Origin: Mytilus edulis
Taxonomy: Eukaryota
Direction: 5' to 3'
Assembly: GCF_963676685.1 (NCBI RefSeq)
Contig: NC_092357.1
Coordinates: 23,808,001-23,872,000, forward strand
DNA: 64,000 nt
Positions 37,696 through 46,800 of the stretch are shown here, one piece after another. The notes beneath the pieces are model-generated. The model had not been told where the DNA came from. It saw only the letters and a list, made by a program, of their open reading frames with translations, and did not search any database. The translations under genes were made by a program, and so were the position numbers. Each line of letters opens with the position of its first letter. Position 1 is the stretch's first letter.

Positions 37696-38732
37696 TTAGA
37701 TGGTAGACTTTTATTTCGATTGTTTGGAGTCTGGTTTCTATTAGGTTTCAAGTTAGGTCTTTTCATATTTGGTTTCGAAGTTGGTTTTTTATCACGATTT
37801 TTAACCACTTCGGAATACAAGGGTTTAGTATTCTTTGTTTTTGGTCGATTTTTACTCCTGCTTCTTGACCGACTTTGTGATTTGTTTTTTGTCCACTGTG
37901 TTCTTAGTGGTGTTTTACTTCTCTGCCTTTGTTCGGTAAAATTCTTAGGTTTCCGTTGTTTTTGATTCTTGGATTTTTGTTGCTGGTTCTGTGGATTTTC
38001 TGGCTTTCCATAATTTTCTGCATATGATTCCAGCCACTTCTGTTTTTCACTCCAGCGTTTTATAGACTTTTCCTCTTCATTAGAAATTTCTTTTGACCAT
38101 ATCTCCCTCAGTTTATCGGCAACACTGTTTGTTGAAATTTGGTCGATTTCTTGGTTGATAAGATTCTCACTTTCCTGGTATTTCTGTTCGTATCTTTCTT
38201 TTTTCGCTATTAAAAGAGATACTTCCGTATGGATTCTTTGAATCGTAAGATCCCATCGTAATTTTGTTTCCATTTCTGGTTCTCCTTTTATTTCCTTTAT
38301 TAGAAATTTTTGAGGAATAATTGGTATTTCAGCGTTAATCCAATCATTATATATGTTAGCCTGTTTTTCACAGTTAAGAGAATTCCAAAAGTTTTGCTTA
38401 CGTGCATTAAGAAGGTGTTTCCATATTTTAGAAATTTGTTTCTTTTTTCTGTAAGCTTCTTTTTCAATTGAAACTTCATTTAATTCTAACCACATTGGTG
38501 GTGTTGATTCATTAGACTTACTTGAGTTTCGGATTGTTTCCAGTTCAATGCAGACATTTTTGAATCCGTCTTTCATTTCCTTGTCAAATCCAGTTAAGTC
38601 CTTTGACTTATGATGTATATCATTAAGTAATCCATTCATGGTTTCGATTTTTGAAATTAGAATAGTCATTTTTCCAGATATCTCCCCGAGTATGGTATCT
38701 GTTGATGATGTTCCTTTATTTCTTGTAGTCAT
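37551..38732 (-). CDS. ORF1: 393-aa coiled-coil-like protein with a basic, RS/NQ-rich disordered C-terminus
   Basis: ATG-initiated intact ORF just downstream of the pLTR; overlaps the ORF2 frame by 145 nt. Confidence 0.85.
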   Translation of the reverse strand: MTTRNKGTSSTDTILGEISGKMTILISKIETMNGLLNDIHHKSKDLTGFDKEMKDGFKNVCIELETIRNSSKSNESTPPMWLELNEVSIEKEAYRKKKQISKIWKHLLNARKQNFWNSLNCEKQANIYNDWINAEIPIIPQKFLIKEIKGEPEMETKLRWDLTIQRIHTEVSLLIAKKERYEQKYQESENLINQEIDQISTNSVADKLREIWSKEISNEEEKSIKRWSEKQKWLESYAENYGKPENPQNQQQKSKNQKQRKPKNFTEQRQRSKTPLRTQWTKNKSQSRSRSRSKNRPKTKNTKPLYSEVVKNRDKKPTSKPNMKRPNLKPNRNQTPNNRNKSLPSKNKNVDKNDVERRTKRIHFLGVGRNKTAYQIEERSETNLKQVTGSTQK

Positions 38733-38859
38733 CTTCGCACTTGTACACGCACAATATATAGCAAAAGTAAATAAACACGGTGTACAGAATGTATATAATA
38801 ATATTTTTAAATTTGCAAACTACATTTCACATCAAATAATAACAGTTCGTTAAAATATT

Positions 38860-38900
38860 GTCACTAGCGCTTTCATGCCTTCTGGCAATCTTCAGGCGAC
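38860..38900 (-). ncRNA. Minimal type I hammerhead ribozyme in the internal pLTR
   Basis: Identical to 35195-35235. Confidence 0.85.
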
Positions 38901-38984
38901 GTTTTAACAATGTCCTTGACGACACTGCCGTTGGTAACGTTTATTACGTTACAATAACGATAAGGGGAGATAAATCAAACGTGT

Positions 38985-41360
38985 TTAAGTAGATCCGTTT
39001 AATTTTGGCTGAAAGTCCTTTATAAAGTGTGCTTCCTTTGCCAGTCTTTTATATTTGTTCGATTCGTTCATTTTATAGAACGGATATACGGTAAATTTTC
39101 CACTACTGCACGTTTCGAAATGCTCGCTCACATCTTGCATTCGTGTGGATGGATCTCGTATCTGTTGTCTGTGAACACGAACTCTTTGACAAATTGAGTT
39201 ACCAGTCTGTCCGATGTACCATTCCTTGCAAGTGCTGCATACAATACAGTAAATAAGGTTTACCGTTTTGCAATTCATGTCTGCATTTGGAATAATGGTT
39301 TGGCCGTTTTTCAATGTTATTTGCGGGCCGGTTGCCATGTATTCACAAAGACCACATCTAGGGTCATTACATTTTGAAACGTTGTATTGTATTCCATTTG
39401 GGTCATAAAACTTAGCCCTTGTTAAAATCTTTTTAAGATTTAAAGGCTGTCTTTTACTTTTCAGGAATTTTTCTGTAGGGAAAAGCTTTTTTAATTTTTT
39501 CGTTTTTTGTAAAACTGGCAAATTTGCTTTTATGACGTTGAATATGTCAGGATTGTACGGGTTATGAGTGCTAACAAACGGGATAAGTTCTGTATTACTC
39601 TCTTTGCGTGCTGTGGACCTGAGTTCCGTCATTGGTATAGCTTTTGCCTTTTCTATTCCCTTTTCTATTAGTGGGTTTGGATAGTTTTGTTCTTTCAAAA
39701 ACACCTTCAGTTCATTCAAACGTAATTCCTTCGTGAAATCATCACTCACAATTGTACATACACGTCGTGCTAGACAAAACGGGATGTTTCTTTTCGTATG
39801 TGAAGGATGGCATGAATGAAAATTCAGGTATTGGTGGGTGTCCGTCTTCTTATAATATATATCTGTGGTTAAGGTTGTTCCATTCTTTAATATTAAAATA
39901 TCTAGAAATGGCAGTCTTTGTTCGCTAGATTCGATGGTAAATTTAATCGAAGGATGTAATGTGTTTATCAGACTATGAAACTTCTCTAAATTGTGACTTT
40001 TGTTTAAAATGATAAAACAGTCGTCTAAGAATCGCTTCCATTCCGATTTTACGTACACTTTAAAAGCTGTATCAAATTCACTTTCAACTTGTTGATACAT
40101 TTTATCCTCCAGAAATCCCATCACGAGAGTTGCGTATGTGGGAGCAACTTTTGTTCCCATAGCTGTACCAGAGATCTGTAGATAATATTTTCCATCAAAG
40201 AAAAAGGTGTTATTATCTAGTATGATTTTCAATCCCTCCAACAAAAAATTATTCGAAAATCTTTGGTCGATAATGTGCCTATATGACTCTAGCCAAAATT
40301 TTACAGCATCTAATCCTAGTTTGTGCGGTATATTGGTGTAAAGACTTGTTACGTCGAAGCTTACCAATATTGCATCTTCTTTGACTTCGGCTGGTAAATG
40401 ATTTAAAAAATCAAAATTATCACGGATAAAACTAGGTACATATTGGCATAAAGGTTTCAAAATTAGGTCAATGAAATGGCTCAATCTATGAGTTGGACAC
40501 TGCGGTCCAGCAACAATAGGCCGAAATTTTAAATCTTTTGGTGAATTTATTTCGATATATGCGCAATTTTGTTGTTGAACTGCTGTTTCTACTTCCTTAC
40601 TTTTGTGGATTTTAGGTAGTCCATAAAAGTTGCTTGTCTTTACCTCAAATTTTGTAAGATAGTCAACTTCCTTTTCAGTAGTACAATGAGGAAATTTTGA
40701 AATAAGTTTGTTTATATTTCTCTTAGTTTTTTTTTCCATATTGTCGTTGAGTTCCCGATAATATTGTTTATCATTGAGCTGTTCCTGAATTTTGTCTCGG
40801 TAATATATTCTGTCCATTATTACTAATGCACCACCCTTGTCAGCTTCTTTTATAATTATCGATTCATCTTTTTGTAATCTGTATAAAGCTTGCTGTTGTT
40901 TAAATGGTAAATTATTTTTTACTTTGTCCTGTGGCTTCGGTATTAATGGAAAGTTTGACAGATGATTAATGTATAAGTCTAAATCTTTATTTTTTCCTTT
41001 TTCCGGTGTAAATGTAGATTTATTTCTTACAATTGATTCGTCAGCTGTCTTTGATTCTTTATCCCCAAAATGATTTTTTAGTCTTAATTTTCGGCAAAAT
41101 TCTTTGATATCCACTGAGAGTGTATCAGTGTCAGCTGGAGGTGTTGGAGTATATTTCAATCCTTTATTTAACACTTTCATTTCATCGGAATCAAGTTTGC
41201 GATTAGACAAGTTAATTATTTTTGGGTCGACCCTGTTACTTGTTTCAGATTGGTTTCGGAACGTTCCTCTATTTGGTAGGCGGTTTTGTTCCGACCCACA
41301 CCTAAAAAATGAATCCGTTTTGTTCTCCGTTCCACATCGTTCTTGTCTACATTTTTGTTC
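38985..41360 (-). CDS. ORF2 (RT + GIY-YIG), second copy
   Basis: Protein identical to the 35320 copy in the ORF track; only a few synonymous nucleotide differences seen. Confidence 0.95.
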   Translation of the reverse strand, partial: EQKCRQERCGTENKTDSFFRCGSEQNRLPNRGTFRNQSETSNRVDPKIINLSNRKLDSDEMKVLNKGLKYTPTPPADTDTLSVDIKEFCRKLRLKNHFGDKESKTADESIVRNKSTFTPEKGKNKDLDLYINHLSNFPLIPKPQDKVKNNLPFKQQQALYRLQKDESIIIKEADKGGALVIMDRIYYRDKIQEQLNDKQYYRELNDNMEKKTKRNINKLISKFPHCTTEKEVDYLTKFEVKTSNFYGLPKIHKSKEVETAVQQQNCAYIEINSPKDLKFRPIVAGPQCPTHRLSHFIDLILKPLCQYVPSFIRDNFDFLNHLPAEVKEDAILVSFDVTSLYTNIPHKLGLDAVKFWLESYRHIIDQRFSNNFLLEGLKIILDNNTFFFDGKYYLQISGTAMGTKVAPTYATLVMGFLEDKMYQQVESEFDTAFKVYVKSEWKRFLDDCFIILNKSHNLEKFHSLINTLHPSIKFTIESSEQRLPFLDILILKNGTTLTTDIYYKKTDTHQYLNFHSCHPSHTKRNIPFCLARRVCTIVSDDFTKELRLNELKVFLKEQNYPNPLIEKGIEKAKAIPMTELRSTARKESNTELIPFVSTHNPYNPDIFNVIKANLPVLQKTKKLKKLFPTEKFLKSKRQPLNLKKILTRAKFYDPNGIQYNVSKCNDPRCGLCEYMATGPQITLKNGQTIIPNADMNCKTVNLIYCIVCSTCKEWYIGQTGNSICQRVRVHRQQIRDPSTRMQDVSEHFETCSSGKFTVYPFYKMNESNKYKRLAKEAHFIKDFQPKLNGST

Positions 41361-41973
41361 TTAGATGGTAGACTTTTATTTCGATTGTTTGGAGTCTGGT
41401 TTCTATTAGGTTTCAAGTTAGGTCTTTTCGTATTTGGTTTCGAAGTTGGTTTTTTATCACGATTTTTAACCACTTCGGAATACAAGGGTTTAGTATTCTT
41501 TGTTTTTGGTCGATTTTTACTCCTGCTTCTTGACCGACTTTGTGATTTGTTTTTTGTCCACTGTGTTCTTAGTGGTGTTTTACTTCTCTGCCTTTGTTCG
41601 GTAAAATTCTTAGGTTTCCGTTGTTTTTGATTCTTGGATTTTTGTTGCTGGTTCTGTGGATTTTCTGGCTTTCCATAATTTTCTGCATATGATTCCAGCC
41701 ACTTCTGTTTTTCACTCCAGCGTTTTATAGACTTTTCCTCTTCATTAGAAATTTCTTTTGACCATATCTCCCTCAGTTTATCGGCAACACTGTTTGTTGA
41801 AATTTGGTCGATTTCTTGGTTGATAAGATTCTCACTTTCCTGGTATTTCTGTTCGTATCTTTCTTTTTTCGCTATTAAAAGAGATACTTCCGTATGGATT
41901 CTTTGAATCGTAAGATCCCATCGTAATTTTGTTTCCATTTCTGGTTCTCCTTTTATTTCCTTTATTAGAAATT
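41216..41973 (-). pseudogene. 5'-truncated second copy of ORF1
   Basis: Matches ORF1 apart from one M>T change; cut at 41973 by the inversion junction. Confidence 0.85.
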
Positions 41974-42119
41974 GACTGGCAAAGGAAGCACACTTTATAA
42001 AGGACTTTCAGCCAAAATTAAACGGATCTACTTAAACACGTTTGATTTATCTCCCCTTATCGTTATTGTAACGTAATAAACGTTACCAACGGCAGTGTCG
42101 TCAAGGACATTGTTAAAAC

Positions 42120-42160
42120 GTCGCCTGAAGATTGCCAGAAGGCATGAAAGCGCTAGTGAC
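42120..42160 (+). ncRNA. Minimal type I hammerhead ribozyme in the inverted pLTR
   Basis: gtcgcCTGAAGAttgccagaaggcatGAAAgcgCTAgtgac on the plus strand. Confidence 0.85.
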
Positions 42161-42239
42161 AATATTTTAACGAACTGTTATTATTTGATGTGAAATGTAG
42201 TTTGCAAATTTAAAAATATTATTATATATATATATATAA

Positions 42240-43138
42240 GTTAGACGAGTTGTATATACATTATGTACACAGCCATGTATCACCATCATTGATGGCGATC
42301 CGATGGATACATCTGTTGTAGGGTTGTCACTGACTCAGACGTACTTATGAATATAATTATTTTCTGTGACTGTATCTTACATTAATTTGTAGGATCCTTT
42401 ACTATAGATAATTTAGCTGATCTGTAACAATAACATCTTCATGCCTTATATATCATGTACTGTAGTACGCCGCTAGATTAAAACTGACGTGGAAAGGTAA
42501 CACATGCCCACCGAAAGCTCTTTTTTGAGAGCCCAGGTGGTCGTGTGGTCTAGCGGGACGGCTGCAGTGCAGGCGATTTGGTGTCACGATATCACAGTAG
42601 CATGGGTTCGAATCCCGGCGAGGGAAGAACCAACAATTTGCGAAAGCAAATTTACAGATCTAACATTGTTGGGTTGATGTTTAGACGAGTTGTATATACA
42701 TTATGTACACAGCCATGTATCACCATCATTGATGGCGATCCGATGGATACATCTGTTGTAGGGTTGTCACTGACTCAGACGTACTTATGAATATAATTAT
42801 TTTCTGTGACTGTATCTTACATTAATTTGTAGGATCCTTTACTATAGATAATTTAGCTGATCTGTAACAATAACATCTTCATGCCTTATATATCATGTAC
42901 TGTAGTACGCCGCTAGATTAAAACTGACGTGGAAAGGTAACACATGCCCACCAAAAGCTCTTTTTTGAGAGCCCAGGTGGTCGTGTGGTCTAGCGGGACG
43001 GCTGCAGTGCAGGCGATTTGGTGTCACGATATCACAGTAGCATGGGTTCGAATCCCGGCGAGGGAAGAACCAAAAATTTGCGAAAGCAAATTTACAGATC
43101 TAACATTGTTGGGTTGATGTTTAGACGAGTTGTATATA
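42240..43138 (+). mobile_element. 440-bp tandem dimer with tRNA-like Pol III head and hammerhead-like motif (SINE/retrozyme-like), flanked by (TA)n
   Basis: TTAGACGAGTTGTATATA recurs at 42241, 42681 and 43121; only 2 differences seen between units. A-box-like TGGTCGTGTGG and B box GGTTCGAATCC within 42531-42624 and 42971-43064. Confidence 0.85.
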
Positions 43139-43319
43139 TATATATAACAGAAACAAAGAAAACATATTATTAGAAATAATATACGTCTAAGCAAGGATGT
43201 ATCTCGTTAGCATCCGGTCAGGTAGGAGAAGCACTAAATTATAGAATATATGGCTATGACACAAAAACACAAAATACCAACACATTTGTACCAAGTCTAT
43301 CTCAACTTTTTTCATTTTT

Positions 43320-44868
43320 TTAGGTCTTTCCACTTTTCTGTGGAAATACCTATTGTATTTATTCTGATTATTAAGTCTTACCACTTCTCTGTGGAACGAC
43401 CTATTGTATTTCTTCTGATTATTAATAAGTCTTACCACTTTTCTGTGGAAATACTTTTTGTTTTTATTCTTATTATTAAGTCTTTCCACTTTTCTGTGGA
43501 AAGACTTATTGTATTTCTTCTGATTATTAGGTCTTTCCACTTTTCTGTGGGAAGACCTATTGTATTTGTTCTGATTATTAGGTCTTTCCACTTTTCTGTG
43601 GAAAGACCTATTGTATTTGTTCTGATTATTATTTTTTTTTTCGCCACATTTCGTTCTTGCGATAAACATGATAAATGTTTGTGTCGCAATATGTCGATTA
43701 GATATTTCTTACATTGTATCGTATAGTTTAAGCGCTTTTAAATTTCATCATGCTAAGCCGAACCATTTTCTTTTTTAAGAGTTATCTCCCTATTTACTGT
43801 TTATCATCAGAGTGCATCTTCTTCGTATCAAAAAAGATATTGCATCTCCTTCGTAACAAAAAAGATATCGACAAAATTATTTTTACAAATTGTTCTTACA
43901 TCCTCAGGAATTTTTGGCTAATTTGAATCGAAGCGATTCGATTACATTTTATAGGAGTTATCTACCTTTACAAAATAAATTTGTCTGTATGTGTTTTCAA
44001 CTCCTCAACTATTAACCATATAACCCTGTAATGTTTATCTGAGGCCCCTATGTCTTAACTTAGAAAATGAGGTCAAGGTTAAAGGTCAAGGTCAAGTTCT
44101 TACTTTTGATTTTGCCTTGTTTTGAGATTTTCTACGACAGTTGCTCTTCATCTTTGTATTTATTTGGCTTTTTAACTATTTTGATCTGAGCGTCACTGAT
44201 GAGTCTTATGTAGACGAAACGCGCGTCTGGCGTATAAAATTATAATCCTGGTACTTTTGATAACTTATTAAAGATTTATATTAAAAAACAAGCGCAAAAT
44301 GTTTACTTTATTGTAATGAAGATATGTTACATTTGATCTGATACAATTAAAGAGCATCTTGTAGGAGTTAGTGCCCCTGAAATGTCTCAATATATAGTTA
44401 TTTGATTATAACTTCAACTTAGTTCATTATAAAGCCATATGACCATGTACAAAAGGTTAGGTGAAATATGACCTAGAAAAATGACAACCGGAAGTGACCT
44501 TGAAAAACCGGAAGTAGCTATTTTTGCACTTTTTCATATCAAAGTACTCAGAATCCATATTTTTTGTAATTTAAATACATGTACTAATTACTAAAGACTA
44601 GAAGTGACTTTCTGTAAACCAGAAGTGGTCAATTATATCCCAGTTTACAGGCAAAAGTATATAGAAACTATATCAGTGTGAAAGAAGCTATCATATGAGA
44701 CCAAAAGTAACATTTACTTAACCGGAAATAGCATATTATCTCCTTTAGTTCACTTTCGAACATATCAAAACCATTATTTATCGCATCAGATTGAAGAAAC
44801 TAGCTTCTTTTCGAAGTTTCTTTGATGTGGAAAGGCCTTCAATAGTTCTCTGAACAATTGGTTTTCAA
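43320..44868 (+). mobile_element. HINE/DINE-1-like non-autonomous Helentron element, copy 1
   Basis: 5' hairpin GGTCTTTCCAC-TTTTCT-GTGGAAAGACC (amplified as ~6 x 51-bp units), 3' subTIR GTGGAAAGGCC, terminal stem-loop CAATAGTTC-TCT-GAACAATTG, then a T-rich end. Confidence 0.75.
44190..44233 (+). ncRNA. Intact minimal type I hammerhead ribozyme in a ~124-bp insertion
   Basis: GCGTCA CTGATGA GTCT TATGT AGAC GAAA CGCGC GTC TGGCGT; predicted cleavage after C44227. Confidence 0.9.
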
Positions 44869-45053
44869 TTAGATCTTTCCACTTTTCTGTGGAAAGACCT
44901 ATTGTTTTTCTTCTGATTATTAAGTCTTTCCACTTTTCTATGGAAAGACTTATTAGGTCTTTCCACTTTTCTGTGGAAAGACCTATTGTATTTCTTCTGA
45001 TTATTATTAAGTCTTTCCACTTTTCTGTGGAAAGACTTATTGTATTTCTTCTG

Positions 45054-45092
<39 letters not shown>

Positions 45093-46560
45093 TTTTTTTT
45101 TCCGCCAAATTTTGTTCTTGCGATAAATGTTCGTTTCGCATTATGTCGCTTAGATATTTCTCATATTGTATCGTATAGTTTATGCGCTTTTAAATTTCAC
45201 CCTGCTAAGACAAACCATTTTCTTTGTAGGAGTTATCTCCCTATTCACTGTTTATCATCAGAGTGTATCTCCTTCGTAACAAAAAAAGATAGTGACAAAA
45301 TTCTTTTAACAAATTGTTCGTTACATTCTCAGGAATTTTTGCCGTATTTAGATCGAAGCGATTCGATGAAATTTTATAGGAGTTATCTACCTTTACAGAA
45401 TAAATTTGTCGGTATGTTTTTTTTACTCATAAACAATTAACTGTATAACCCTGGAATGTTTTTATTTGAGTCCCCTAGGTCCAAACTTAGAAAATGAGGT
45501 CAAGGTCAAAGGTCAAGGTCAAGTTCTCAATTAAGACTTTTGCTTGTTTTTGCATTTTCTCCGACACTTTGAAAGATACATATTAAAGAACAAGTGCAAA
45601 ATGTCAGCTTTAAAGTAATAAAGATATGCTACATTTAGTCTTATACTATTAAATGGCATCTTAGAGGAGTTGATGCCCCTGAAATGTCTTGATATGAGTT
45701 TATTTGATTATAGCTTTAAATAAGTTCATTATAAAGGCATTTGACCTTGTACAAAAGGTTAGGTGACAAATGACCTTGAAAAATGACTACCGGAAGTGAC
45801 CTTGAGAAAACCGGAAGTAGCTTTTTTTGCAATTTTTTCATCTAAAAGTACTCAGAATCCATATATTTCGTCATATAGATACATAAACTGATTACTGAAG
45901 ACTAAACATGACTTCCAGCAAACCGGAAGTGGCCAATTATTTCCCCTTCTACATACAAAAGTATATAGAAACTATATATTTTTGGAATCCGTGTGAAAGA
46001 AGCTATCATATAAGACCGGAAGTGACATTCATTTCACCGGAAGTAGCATATTATCTCCCTTATATCACTCAAAAATATCATTTTTGGCTAATTTGGATTG
46101 AAGCGATTCGGAATAAATTTGTCGGTATGTTTTTTTAACTCGTAAACCGTTAACCATATAACCCTGGAATGTTTTTATTTGAGTCCCCTGGGTCCTAACT
46201 AAGAAAATAAGGTCAAGGTCAAAGGTCAAGGTCATATTTTAGATTTTCATATGTCTTTGATTTCCCTATAATTCTTCAATGGTTATAGATACAGAAAATT
46301 TAAGCAGTGAAAAATGCTAAGTACTTCAAGGGGCACCTTTGTTACAGTATGACTTTATTGGTTTTACCATTATGTAAGGGACATAACCCCCATTGATGGT
46401 TTATAAAAAGCCATTATAAGGCAAAACTCTTATACGAAAGGTCCTTGGCCCATAGGGTCTTTTGCAATTACATTGTAAAGCAATGACCTTGACGAAGGTC
46501 ACAAGGTTAAATGTCAAGGTCAGGTACTAAGAGGCAAATTATGTGATTTTTGGAACTATT
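44869..46560 (+). mobile_element. Second head-to-tail copy of the HINE-like family, 3' terminus not found
   Basis: Same 51-bp hairpin units, (ATT)n microsatellite and a body alignable to 43630-44760, plus an internal re-duplication at ~46085-46240. Confidence 0.75.
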
Positions 46561-46586
46561 TAAAGAGTTTTATCTGTGTTTGAATT

Positions 46587-46800
46587 CCAACCAACCAACC
46601 AATCAATCAATTAATCAATCAGTGCATGCATGTTTCTGTCTCATGTGTTGAATCAAGATCTTTTTTGTTTCTTTTTTGCTGTTTCAATTTACCCTATCCA
46701 ATGTGCTTAATCAACCAACCAATTAACCAATCAATCAATCAATCAATCAATCAACCAACCAACCAACCAACCAACTAACCAACCAACCAACCAACCAATC
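46587..46800. repeat. (CAAC)n/(CAAT)n microsatellites in a ~130-180-bp imperfect duplication
   Basis: Directly visible. Confidence 0.85.

Larger units (their letters stand above)
35096..42227 (-). mobile_element. Penelope-like retroelement (Neptune-like): one complete 3665-bp unit, a 5'-truncated upstream unit and an inverted pLTR segment, inserted in (TA)n
   Basis: Direct repeat with period 3665 (ORF2 stops at 35320 and 38985). The second unit breaks at 41973 and is followed by an inverted copy of the 3' end (41974-42227). (TA)n at 35077-35095 and 42222-42238. Confidence 0.95.

Noticed and set aside
37439-37965. Plus-strand ORFs over the PLE (also 41104-41630 and 38638-38853)
   Set aside because: Antisense shadows of ORF1/ORF2 with no independent motifs.
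42531-42624. Functional tRNA gene
   Set aside because: A and B boxes are present, but the acceptor and anticodon stems do not pair properly and it sits inside a mobile tandem unit.
43320-43630. CRISPR-like array of palindromic repeats
   Set aside because: The intervening sequences are themselves repeated, so there are no unique spacers; no cas genes; eukaryotic context.
43187-43726. ORFs of 85-160 aa on both strands, and the 183-aa ORF at 44889-45440
   Set aside because: Artefacts of the 51-bp (17-codon) tandem unit and the (ATT)n microsatellite.
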